64,000 bases of DNA from NCBI GenBank assembly GCA_051294905.1, contig CM119372.1, forward strand, positions 31,560,001 through 31,624,000, given 5' to 3'. Under the pieces are notes generated by a model. The model had not been told where the DNA came from, ran no database searches, and saw only the letters and a list, made by a program, of their open reading frames with translations. The translations under genes and the position numbers were made by a program. The stretch's first letter is position 1. Each line of letters opens with the position of its first letter. Origin of the DNA: Botryllus schlosseri (Eukaryota). This document shows positions 14,782-26,462 of this stretch, piece by piece.

Positions 14782-14931
14782 GAATCCACTCTGACATTCG
14801 AACGTACTCTTTCCCTCGCACCTGTGGTATGCTGTGGGAGGCTTTTCGATGCAGACTTTATCAGATTGACTGGACATATGTTGGTCAAGCAGGATGATTT
14901 GCTGGAGACAGAAGAAAGGAAATTGAAAAAG
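14782..14931 (+). CDS. NLR-like gene predicted exon 4 (3' boundary uncertain, possible GC donor)
   Basis: CATAG acceptor, open frame ESTLTFERT...KLKK followed by AAG|GCTAGT. Confidence 0.45.
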
Positions 14932-15721
14932 GCTAGTTGCTTCTTTAAAGTTTCAGATTTGCTATTACCTTTTACCGTTGAATCATAGTTGACTGATTAA
15001 CTATTCTGCTTTCCTTTACTTTCATCCGTACGAGTAATCAATTAATCAAGCAACAAATATTTATATACATAACATATTGCAATGGAAGTCCTGTCGGTTG
15101 TTCGTTTCATGGGAGTTGCTTATACAAAATAATGTGTGGGAATCTACTTCGGCAGTTATTACACCCATGGTTCACAGCATTTTGACCTCGCAGCAACCTA
15201 TGACAGGGAAAAATAATTCGCTGTACCCAAGCACTTAGGTCTTAGAGTGTACCATGAACGCAAGATTTTAGTAGCCAACGATTGGAAAAGTAATCAACTC
15301 ACATCATGTTATTATCATCACCTTCGCCCACAACACAGACCAATTGCCTGGGTGATAACCTTACTCAGGGCATCACCTTCCCAAATGCTACTTTAGGAGT
15401 GGCTACGAGGAGTTGCGTGGTGGTAAATATGCATATACCGCCATCGGCTCACGACGACCCGGTTCGATTCTCGGCCGTAACACGGGCTTAAGAGTGGGGG
15501 GTAAATCGGCACTTTGCAAAACACTTGAAAAACTCTCACTTACCACAGTTTGAGAACCAGAGCTATACTGTGTATACAAATTGAAACAAAAAATAATTCT
15601 CATGATTAACTATTTTAAATATATGAAGTAGGCTTAATGATTTTATTGCATGTCTTATTGTTGCTTGTTTGGGTTATTCATGGTGTTTGTCGACTACTAA
15701 AGTCATTTACACCAGGTCGAT

Positions 15722-15933
15722 ATCCTTCATTTTTATTCCGTAGCAGCCGATTTGTAGCACGGCCCACTTCTAGGCTTTTATAAGACACCGCTTACGTGGT
15801 TGAGATGACGAGGGGGATCCAAGATGAACCTCCAACACTTTGGTAGGAATTCTGTAGTCGACCTCAGTCGGACTCGAACCCGCAGCCTATTCGTGTTGCA
15901 GCTGTAGATTATATACCACTACGCTATCTCGCC
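15722..15933 (-). mobile_element. tRNA-derived SINE
   Basis: Minus-strand Pol III A box (TAGCGTAGTGG) and B box (GGTTCGAGTCC); diverged + strand copy at ~44707-44870. Confidence 0.75.
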
Positions 15934-15973
15934 ACACCTGACTTATTGTTACACCTACGTAATATTGCCACAG

Positions 15974-16069
15974 GAAACCAATATTGCATACAGCCAGATA
16001 TTGCTTGATTGCACCGAAGAAAAAATTGTCGACTGGTTGTTGATTGAACTTTCCTTGACAAAGTATCAG
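15974..16069 (+). CDS. NLR-like gene predicted exon 5
   Basis: CACAG acceptor, ETNIAYSQILLD...TKYQ, CAG|GTCAGA donor, phase 0/0. Confidence 0.5.
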
Positions 16070-16142
16070 GTCAGATTCCCCATCCTATTTTTGAAATGCT
16101 TTCAAATGTTTTCATATTATGTATTGATCATTTCATATTACG

Positions 16143-16502
16143 TAGGCTTACCATACGTCCTCTTTTAAGAGGATTTGTCCTCTTTTTTGACTTTTTTGAA
16201 AGTGTCCTCGGAGGACGCCCTTTTGTCCTCTTTTTTGAAAATTTAGGTCAGATTTAGAGCAATTTGCGAGTGATATGCCGCAAATTAGCACAGAAGTGAC
16301 GCTCCGGCGGGTATTTCGGAGTGAAAAACGGTGATTTTAGCTCTTAGAGCAAAAAGATGACTTTTTTTTTTTTTTTTTTAGTCATCTACCTGGCAAAAGT
16401 GGCAAAAATTCACCGGCTTTTGAGAATTCTATTCCGGTTTTGCAAGTTACAAATTTCTAAAAAAGTGTCCTCTTTTTAGATTTCCAAAATATGGTAAGCC
16501 TA
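16143..16502. mobile_element. hAT MITE (TAGGCTTACCATA TIR)
   Basis: 13-bp TIR; perfect TSD ATATTACG. Confidence 0.9.
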
Positions 16503-16620
16503 ATATTACGCATCAAACTCGTTATTAGCTTCAGCAGCTTTGTTAATGTCCAGGAAAATGCTTCAGTAATGTCTTCGTATCCTATGCCGACACAGTTTGA
16601 AACGTATAGCTTGATTTTAG

Positions 16621-16785
16621 GTTGAGGTCCTGGATATTTCTGTGAATGGTCGGGCTTCTCGTGATAATTACAACAAAATTTGGGAACGTGTGAGGAAAAT
16701 CTCCGTATTTCGCAATATCCATGCCATGTTTTATGTTGAGAGTGAAGGTGACAGAACGATAGCTGAAGCTTGTCAGCAAAAGCAG
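16621..16785 (+). CDS. NLR-like gene predicted exon 6
   Basis: TTTTAG acceptor, VEVLDISVN LRR-like start, CAG|GTATTT donor. Confidence 0.6.
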
Positions 16786-17028
16786 GTATTTATCACCGGG
16801 TACGCACCGTTCTCATTGTATTGATCCTTACATTACGAGTCCGCTTCAAACGGATTTACGTAGAGATCCTTCCAGTATACGAACTATATACCACATTTGT
16901 GTGTTTGTAATTTTCGTAATAATTTTTGGAGTACCCTGTGATAGATCATTGACCGTAATGAAAAACACTGGCAAGGGCGGTAGGTACCACTAATACTAAA
17001 TCTTTATTATCACAATCTGACACTGTAG

Positions 17029-17224
17029 ATCGCATACATCAGATGCATATTTGATGGTGGATGTCGGGCTTCACTCGATGAGATTTCGTCTTGCGTCACC
17101 AATTCGGATTCAAAGAGAGTAACATTGATATACAAGCATGAAGGCGATATGTTGAAAGGAGAGGAATTGAAAAAACTTCGGAAGATTGCAAATGCTTTCA
17201 ATACTGAGTTGGAAGTTTTATACA
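17029..17224 (+). CDS. NLR-like gene predicted exon 7
   Basis: CTGTAG acceptor, open frame IAYIRCIFDGG...ELEVLY, A|GTAAGT donor (phase 1). Confidence 0.6.
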
Positions 17225-18362
17225 GTAAGTCATTGTAAAATGTTATTGGGTAATAGCAAAGTGCTACTGCTTCTACATTTTTATACATCAAATAGATTGT
17301 GTCTATACTTACACAACTTCATCAAGGGGGTGATTCAGACTATTAATACTTTTACCTGGAATTTTTCATTTTTTGGCAAAATTGAGCCGAGTATACTTAA
17401 TTATTTACTTGGAAATCGCTACTTCTTCTTGTACTTGAATAGAAATTCACGACGTTTCTGCTACGTCTACTTGAGTACCAACGATGAGCTCTTTGATCAC
17501 TTCTGATCCTGATGCAGAGTATTTTTGATAAGTAGTAACAGTCAGATTAAGTTCTTGTCATTGTCTATTCACTGATTAATTCTGTAGTTAATTGTCAAAC
17601 AATATTAGACGAACTATGCAAACAGAGATGCGTTACGTGCCACTAAAATACACGACTAAATAATCAGTTATGTAATTGGTTCTCAACATATCTGACCTCG
17701 TGGTACCCTATGAAAGGGAATCATTGTTCACGATACGTTAGCACTTTGAGCACCCTGGATGCAAGATTTGTGAAGATAATGACAAAAAAAGTCATCAATA
17801 TATGTCGTTATTCTGAACCGCTGTTCATCCAGCGCCACTTTCATAAATATTCAGGTTATGCCCCCCTTTATTTTAGTGGCTGTATTAAAGAAGACAGGGT
17901 AGCGGTCGACGTTGGTTCATTCTTTCTCGATTTCTGACTGTCACTATTGAAAATACTTGAGGCTTGAATCACACCATATGAACACTCGACTAATTAACGA
18001 CACATAAATTGGATGCAAATAGCGTAATTGCCGTCTCCAGTAACAAGGGATATGTGAGTGTTGTCACAAAATACATAGGCGCTCTCTGTCCCTCTTTCTC
18101 TCTCTCTCTTGCGAACATTCTGGTTGCCCTTTTTAATATTTTTCTGTCATGACGATCAAAGGGAGCGCGAAAAATTTCATCATCAGCAAGGGGACGTTCC
18201 TGAAAAAGTTTGAGAACCACTGCTCTATGACTTTATGATGTACTCTGGTTCCGGTTGACACGGAGATCGTCATGATCATATCGTCGCTACCAGTCAAAAC
18301 CTATAGAGCACCGTTTGTCCTGCATATATCCACACATTGATTTGACGTCATCATTGATGGAA

Positions 18363-18381
18363 TCTCTCTCTCTCTTTCTCT

Positions 18382-18413
<32 letters not shown>

Positions 18414-18445
18414 TTCTCTTTATCTCTCTCTCTCCCTCTCTCTCT
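18363..18445. repeat. (CT)n microsatellite
   Basis: Imperfect CT dinucleotide run. Confidence 0.9.
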
Positions 18446-18839
18446 GACAAACTCAAATTACTCCACGGGGTGGTCAGACCCAGGTTAAAAACCTCTTATC
18501 TACGTCATATGGCTGTTTCGCTGTTTAGCCCAAGATTATAATGGTGGTGACTGGTGATACGATCACATTAGGTCTTGCCTCAATATCACGGCCTTTTTCT
18601 TTAGTCATCATCTTCCTAAATGCTATTCATTTATGCCGACAGTAACCCTTTATAACTGATTTTATCGCGGCGCCCCTGAGCAATCCCGATATCGGTCAAA
18701 CTAATTTTTTGACTAGCCTCAAGTCCGATCACTGTTTCACATGTTACCCAATATCTTGAGCGCCGGCGCACAATTCATAGGATATTGACATCTCACACAA
18801 ATAATAATTTTATATTTTGCAAATTATTTCTCATGCTAG

Positions 18840-18894
18840 TGTATGGACGAGTTGAAGATGCCTGGAAGCTCCTCGACGAAAAGGTTTATTTCAG
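18840..18894 (+). CDS. NLR-like gene predicted exon 8
   Basis: CTAG acceptor is phase-compatible with exon 7 (MYGRVEDAWKLLDEKVYF), AG|GTGAGT donor. Confidence 0.5.
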
Positions 18895-19793
18895 GTGAGT
18901 TACAGATGTCGTGAAAGCCGACTTTTCTGCAAATCACAATTGAGACTTATTATCCTTCCATTCCTTGGTCGATCAATTCACATGTAGGCCTTACAACTAA
19001 TCACTATACTCCTATACGATTTCAAAATAAATGATGCTAATCGGAGAACAAAATCATGTTGCCGAAATTGTGGGCTTTTGGAGACGTATTTAGAATTCCT
19101 ACGACGTTCAATTACGATCGGAAATAATTCCATTTATTGTTTTATTCAATTTTATGGCGAGATATAGTCTCCTAACCATATTCGTGTCATTAGATTCGGG
19201 CAACAATTAGGTATTGTTGGATACTGAGATCATACTTGTATTTGGCTCAGGGCTTTTAACGTATACGCTAACGTATAGCCATAGCTAGAAAACCATTCCT
19301 ATCTAACGCACGATTTCTTCGTGTCTTGTGATCTTTTGGTCAGATAGTTCGGTCATAACGATGTCAGATGGTGCATCACCAAATCCCTATAGTTCCCCTG
19401 CAGGAAAATAATAGCACTATCGAGCGTATTTTGAAATCGTCTGCTTCTTGCTTGTAACGTTACAATAATCTAAAATACGAATCGTTCTTTATTAATAATG
19501 AGATATTTAGTGTGATCTAATCGTGCTAAAAGGGAGCAGTTCAGGACTCGTAATACATATGGTAGGTTTCGTAATATGGTAGGTTTGGTGTAAAACGGCG
19601 ATTGACGCTAAAATACCCATGCATATCATATTATGTATTGTTCAATGTACATCAGGGGTGTCAAACTCAACTGACGTGGCGAGCTGGATAGAAATCTTCA
19701 CATCGTTCGCGGGCCGAACCATGTCAAACGATTTCAATATGTTACCTCAACACCCATGCCAATGAACACTTATTATCAAAGCTATGTGCATAA

Positions 19794-21240
19794 CAGAGTT
19801 GGATCAATTGTAATTTGTAATTGTAATTGAATGTAATAATTACATTTTTCAATGTAATTGTAATGTAATTGTAATTGAAGCATTTTTATTTTGTGTAATT
19901 GTAATTGTAATTTGACAAAAATTTTGCTCAATTACAATTTCAATTACATTAAATTGCTATTGAGACCTGACAAGCACAACATAAAATAATTGACTTATAA
20001 TGCATTCTCTTTAAATGTCGACAAGGAATTTGATGGATCCATTTGCGGAAGCCCTTGACTGCGCCCTTGCAGGCGAATTTTTTATTTATTTTTACCGCTA
20101 TGCTGGCCTCGGCTGCCATTGTATACAATTATTAGCTTACTAACCAACGGATGGATTCTCAACACGTGACTCACGATTGAATACGCCGAGAAGCGAACTG
20201 CTGAGCCGGCTAAAAGCAGCAGAATTGATAGTCCCATAGCTGGCGATCCAAGCGTCAAAATTTGATATGTATGGTCCTAATCGGAAGCTAGTGTCGCACT
20301 GATTCCGCAATAAAAGTATATTTCCAGGCAATGGTACCATCCCAAAATAGTTGTGAAAGTCAGGGAATCGGCATTGTTCTGAGCAATCGCTGGGCGTAAT
20401 TGGTCATTGTTGTGGTCATGCTGCTGCGGCGCTCTCACTTTTCAAAACAGTCGGCCTTAAACGGCTATTTTGGAGCAGTTACATTGCCCTGACGAGATTT
20501 TAATTTGCATTTTCGGAATTAGTGCATCGATAGCCTACGATAAAGACCAGATGCATCAAATTTAGACGCTTGGATCGCCAGCTCTAGGACTACAAGGTTT
20601 GCTGCTTTTAGCCGGCTCTGCAGTACGTTTGTCGGTGCATTCATCCGTGACTCACATCTTGCGCATCTATCCGTGGGTTGGCAATCTACAATACGATTTC
20701 AGATCACGATGCTGCATCGTTACTTCGTCTGGCTAACTAACCAGATCACTGGATATTATATAACGTCTTATCTGACAAAGCACGGTTTTGTTTTTACTCC
20801 TCATCCTAATTCCTACGTCCCTCGATAAAAATGATATTATTTCTTTAATTATATACTATATACGCAAATCCAACACTTGCATATATTATAATACTTTTTT
20901 CAACGACATACTGCATATAGTTCGAAAACGTTTTTTCTTTTTATTAATTACCGGGTATTTGCGCATCATGAATGAAACATGAATACTTGAATTGTTGTTA
21001 ATTACGACGCTACGGTTGTCAAGGAGCACGGTTGAATTTATGATTATTCAATTACATGTTCAACAGCAGCAATTGTAATTGTAATTGTAATGTAATTGAA
21101 GCATGCAAGAAGTAATTGTAATTGTAATTGTAATTTGATATTTTTAGCATGGAGTAATTGTAATTGTAATGTAATTGAAAGATGCATGAAAGTAATTGTA
21201 ATTGTAATTGAACTGAAATAATGTAATTGATCCAACTCTG
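19794..21240. mobile_element. hAT MITE with (ATTGTA)n subterminal arrays
   Basis: TIR CAGAGTTGGATCAATT; perfect TSD GTGCATAA; contains a further internal inverted-repeat element at ~20143-20680. Confidence 0.9.
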
Positions 21241-21340
21241 GTGCATAATAGTATATATTACATTATATTACGGTAAACAAGAGTTCTATTTAAGCACAGC
21301 CTTTATTTGCAAACAACGGAATTGGCAAAATACGATGATA

Positions 21341-22750
21341 CACTGGTCAACATATATTTTTAGGCAGACAAAGTAAGAGTGGTTTTGGGGTTTCTTAAGG
21401 GCACTGATTCCGAATATTACCTTAGTTTTTTTCAAATTTGCTCTTGTAGTGGAGATAACCCATGGGGCTATTTTGACCAAAATCTCCCATTTTCGCGGTA
21501 ATGACTAGATAATAAGTCGGCTCAGTCGTACTATAAAGTTTAGAAAATCAATCTTCTCGTTATTTTTACACACAGATGACTCTTTTAAATCAAAATGCAG
21601 CAACAGCACTATATTTAGGGATAATAGATATATCATAGTTACAGACTTCGACGGATATCATGTACATAACTAAACTCCAGTCATGTATATAAGTATTTAC
21701 CTAGACACTCAAATAACGTAGCATTAATTCAATCAGTTTTACGTCAACCACCTATTGTAAATTTGAAATAATCTGTTGGAATATAATATTATTGATATAT
21801 TTTAAATTACAATTGTTTTTTGTACGATTTTCGCCTGTAAGCTATTTCGTGCAGTTTCTCGAAAGGTTCCGGCAATGGTCTGACACAATATGTGAAATTA
21901 CTCATCTCATCTGCCCTGAGATCTTTCTTATGTTGTTCTGATGTCTTGGTAGAACCCCTCCCCTTGCTAATCAACAAGATGATCAGGAAATATATCAAGA
22001 TGATTGAACAGGAAGTGAACTTTTATGCTCATGTTCGTGCTCAAGTTTTCGATATGCAGATACGAATTTTCGGACCAACTGTTTGTAGTTGGGTGCTTTG
22101 CCATCATCTAAAAAGTTTAATTTACTACATCCTAGGAGAAATTACATGCAGTGAACTCCTTTCTAATGTGAAATTGGAATCTTTCATCGGTGTTTGAATA
22201 TACCAAATAACAGATTTAAGCTTGTCGTTTGATAGGATTACTAGGTATACCCACTGTGTTGACTCAGCGGAAAATTATCCATTTACCAGTCAAAAAATGA
22301 GACTGATATGAGTAATGTAGTTAAGCATTTCAAGGACAAATTTTACACCTTTATGCTCCTCTTTAATCTTGGCAGAATTACCAATTGATACAGGAGAATA
22401 TGTATTTCCATTGTGCAAAAGTACAATTTTTAGGCTTGACAAACTGCTTTTTGATAAACAAATATTTCGCATCATGTCATGTTAATATTGATAGGATGAC
22501 TGAGAATGACATGAGGGTTCTTCATAGTCAATTAAGTATTTATGCGCAGTATAAAATTAGAAAAAACTACGATTTTCTTCCTACCAAGTGAAATATTTAA
22601 GGGTAAATACAGTAATTTTGGGCTTTTTTAGGGGTGTAAATATCTTCTGACAAAGAGCCAATCTGACAAATCTAATGTGATATTCGTAATCAGCAGCCTC
22701 AAAAACCCCAGAAACGGCTCTCATATGTTCTGCCTAAAAAAATTCGCTAA
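21341..22750 (-). mobile_element. Chapaev3-like (CMC) DNA transposon remnant with transposase pseudogene (~21880-22480)
   Basis: CAC-starting end and ~90-bp imperfect TIRs; minus-strand fragments SLKIVLLHNGN and MSIKVHFLFNHLDIFP...GEGFYQDI. Confidence 0.7.
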
Positions 22751-23117
22751 AATAGGGGGTCTAAGGACGATATAAGTTGGCATATTATACACTCCCTTTG
22801 TTTTAGAGGTAATCTGGCGTTTTCCCCCTTTCAGTTCGGTTTAGTATCAACCTTATGCGTTTTATGACTTGTCAGGAGTAAGAGATTTAACTGTAAACGC
22901 GGACGTCGGAATTTCGGTTATTATTATTATTATCAAGTCGCGATTCGGGTTTGTCTGGAGGCCAAGGACCATTTTCCCATAAAACTCTGAACTCAGTATG
23001 CACTTTTTGCAACTAAGAATCGGCTGTCTATGTCAATACCTTTGTTCCTACTCGCAACTAGAGGGAATCCACAACACCGCTGTCGCGTGGTTATAATGTG
23101 GTCTATAAACTGAGTAT

Positions 23118-23763
23118 TAGGGCTGTGCAAAAAAACATCTTTTTCTTTGGATTTCACTGGCTATGTGATAAAATTGTTAGGTTGGTTGAAACAACGCTGT
23201 ACACCAAATTTGGCTCAATTCCAGCCAGTAGAAGCGAGATTCTTGCAGTAAAATGTTTTGAATTTATCATTGAAAAATGAAAAATAAAAAAAGTTCAAAA
23301 TTTCTCTGTCAACCCCATAAAATTGTTGGGCTGTCAGTAGAAATGATGCATACAAAATTTGGCTCAATCCCAACCAATGGAAGTGAAGTTATTGCAGTAG
23401 AAAAAATTCCAATTCCATGATTTTATAATAAATAATTAATAAGTTAGCCACCGTAAATACTATTTCATTCAAATCCAAATTTTTCTACAGCAATAACTTC
23501 GCTTTTAGTGGTGGGAATTGATCCAAATTTTGTGTGCATCATTTCTACTGACAGCCTAACAATTTTATGGGGTTGACAGAAAAATTGTGAAATTTCATTT
23601 TTTATTTTTCAATGATAAATTCAAAACTTTCTACCGCAAGAGTCTCGCTTCTACTGGTTGGAATTGAGCCAAACTTTGTGTGCAGCGTTGTTTTCACCAG
23701 CCTAACAATTTTATCACATAGCCAGTGAAATCTGGAAAAGAAGTTTATTTTTGAACAGCCCTA
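23118..23763. mobile_element. Palindromic (foldback) hAT MITE
   Basis: TAGGGCTGT...ACAGCCCTA, ~290-bp inverted arms, TSD CTGAGTAT/CTTAGTAT. Confidence 0.9.
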
Positions 23764-24661
23764 CTTAGTATACTCGACATTGGCTGCCTTGGTGGGATAT
23801 TTAATGGAAGTGTTTGTTACTAAGAATCTCAACATTTGCGGGAGCTGTGCGTGATAATCAGGCCGTTTTCCATTTACTCAGAATTGCTTCGCGGTCCGGA
23901 CGAAATCGACTGGTGGGCCTGACTTGGCTCGAGGGCCGTATGTTTGCCACCCCTGGTGTACCTGTACAAAACATGCACTGAAACAACAACAACGTATACA
24001 CGTGCTGTACATGTGGATACATGGCTCAGTGGTTTACAAAGCGGGAATTTTGAGAGACAGTTGTTCGAAAAATATGAAGGGAGCTAAAATGTACCAAGGG
24101 GGGGGGGGGCGATAGGGGCAGCAAAATGTTATATCAGGGATATCAAACTCAAGTTACCTCGTAGGCCGGCTTCAAACCATCAGGTAACTCGCGGGCCGCG
24201 CCAGTCTAATAATTCGATAATGTTACCTCGGAATCCATGGCCTTATTTTTCGTTTGAATACTTTGTTTTCAAGCATTACATCCATTACGGGTCATTGGGG
24301 CTCTGTTCTAGCAACACCGTTATTCACAAACAACGGAATTGGCAAAATACGGTGATTGACCAGTTGAATACACAGATATAAACCAATGAAACAGTGGCTC
24401 TAACGGCCTTTCAATTGTCATACTAATATGCTACCTTTGTTTGAGTCGTAATCTGGTTTCAGCCTTCTTTATGCCTGGTGAAAAATACAATATATATTAA
24501 CAGTAAAAGCTTACGTTGGAATTTGATACATAATCCTGAAATCGCGATACAGGTTTCCCTGGAGGCCTGGAACTTTCGTCAGAAGTGATACAGCAATGCA
24601 ATCACGGATATTTTGATTATATTACTGGGTAGCTATCCTCATGTAACCTACATATAACGGT

Positions 24662-25615
24662 TAGGGCTGGGCAAAATCGAGTACCTGAGTGATTCGATTC
24701 TGAATCACGTATTACGCTTCGAGTCGAGTCGAGTATTCGAGTATCACTCATCATGACGTCGCAACAGAATGCACTGTGTCAACGTTCAAATATGTACCTT
24801 TTATGCCACCACAACCAATATAATACTTGTTATCCGTCACCAGTGGTGGCCTTACGAACGGGGGGGCCCTGGGCGAGACTTACCGGGGGGGCCCCTGTAA
24901 GTATCTAACCGTAACTTATGGGGGGCTCCGCCCCCCAGACCCCCCTTTCCCGCGGTAAGGTTTGCCCAGGTGCTGGATTCGGCTATGTCTATTATTGCAT
25001 GTGTCTAAGGATAGACTACATCAAGACTAAGTAATTCTGCCGCATGCAGAGACGTGATCATCATCGGGATACGGGACTTTTCTAACAAATGCAGAGATTT
25101 GATGACGATTGACACATCCGTACGGAATCATATTCTTGCTTGGTACACGGATTTCCATGTTTATTCGTTATTATCCTTAAAAAAGCGCATATTCCGAATA
25201 GGGGGGCCCCTTCGACCAGGGGGGGCCCCGGGCGACCGCCCACCTCGCCCACCCCAAAAGCCACCACTGTCCGTCACATTAAAGACACTTTTGTATTTTT
25301 CCGACCATACCGATGTCATGGTACTTATTGACAATGTTGTGGGATGATCATGACTTCGGAAATGTGTTATTTCCAGTAACGTTCGTAGCTTTGTACTATG
25401 TCTCGTATGCTGCGACACGGCCAATCCAGGTTTCAAGGCATGCTCAGTGGAAAATATAGTACCAAAACTATAATTCTCGCTAGTAAATTACCTGTCAGTT
25501 GCGAGGAGCGTATAATTACAGTACTCGAAAAAATCCTCTTTTACTACTCGACTCGAATCATTAAAATTAATACTCGATTCAGATTCGAGTACTCGAATCA
25601 TTGTGCCCAGCCCTA
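24662..25615 (+). mobile_element. hAT MITE (TAGGGCTGGGCA family), copy 2
   Basis: Homologous to 2966-3490; perfect TSD ATAACGGT. Confidence 0.9.
24841..25269 (+). mobile_element. hAT MITE (CAGTGGTGGC TIR, G/C-run subterminal motifs)
   Basis: TIR CAGTGGTGGC/GCCACCACTG; perfect TSD TCCGTCAC. Confidence 0.9.
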
Positions 25616-25799
25616 ATAACGGTTTGCACTGGCGTCTGTGAATAACTACTTTTCGGTAATATTTTTCATAAAACTGAATTCAGTTTGCAATTTTAGCCTT
25701 CTCGGAATTGACTGTAAATGTCACCGACCTGTTTCTAATGGTGGGTACAGTAAAACTACAATACCAGTATCGGGTGGTTACAATGTGGCCCATGAACAT

Positions 25800-26462
25800 T
25801 AGGGCTCTTCAAAAATGACTTTATTTCTCAAATCGTACTGGCTACTTGATAAAATTGTTAGGTTACCTAATTTAAGCCTACACACAAAATTTGGTTCAAT
25901 TCCAGCCAGTAACCGCTTTGCTACAGGAGAAGTAAGTTTCTGTTTATTATATAAAAATAAATAATAAAAAGTTTTAAAATTTTCTGTTCACCCCATGAAA
26001 CTGTTAGGCTGTCTATAGAAACGATGCTCACCAAATTTGGTTCAATTCCAACCAGTGGAAGCGGAGTTATTGCCGTCGAAAAATTTGGATTTGAATAAAA
26101 TAGTATTTACGGTGAGCACAACTATAATAAATAAACAAAGAATCGGTCACCGTAAATACTATTTTATTCAAATCCAAATTTTTCGACGGCTATAACTCCG
26201 CTTCCACTGGTTGGAATTGAACCAAATTTGGTGAGCATCGTTTCTATAGACAGCCTAACACTTTCATGGGGTAAACAGAAAATTTTCAAATTTTTTATTA
26301 TTTATTTTTATATAATAAATAGAAACTTTCTTCTCCTGTAGCAAAGCGGTTACTGGCTGGAATTGAACCAAATTTTGTGTGTAGGCTTAAATTAGGTAAC
26401 TTAACAATTTTATCAAGTAGCCAGTACGATTTGAGAAAAAATGTCATTTTTGAAGAGCCCTA
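25800..26462. mobile_element. Near-perfect palindromic hAT MITE
   Basis: ~315-bp almost identical inverted arms, TAGGGCTCTTCAAAA ends, perfect TSD ATGAACAT. Confidence 0.95.

Larger units (their letters stand above)
19653..23955 (+). mobile_element. Non-autonomous hAT (Charlie-like CAGGGG...CCCCTG) element, copy 1, hosting several nested insertions
   Basis: Ends CAGGGGTGTCAAAC/GTTTGCCACCCCTG; TSD ATGTACAT/GTGTACCT (6/8); homologous copies start at 24135, 31343 and 41236. Confidence 0.75.

Noticed and set aside
21044..21246. ORFs rich in ITITIT, LQLQLQ or NYNYNY
   Set aside because: Translation of the (ATTGTA)n subterminal repeats of a MITE
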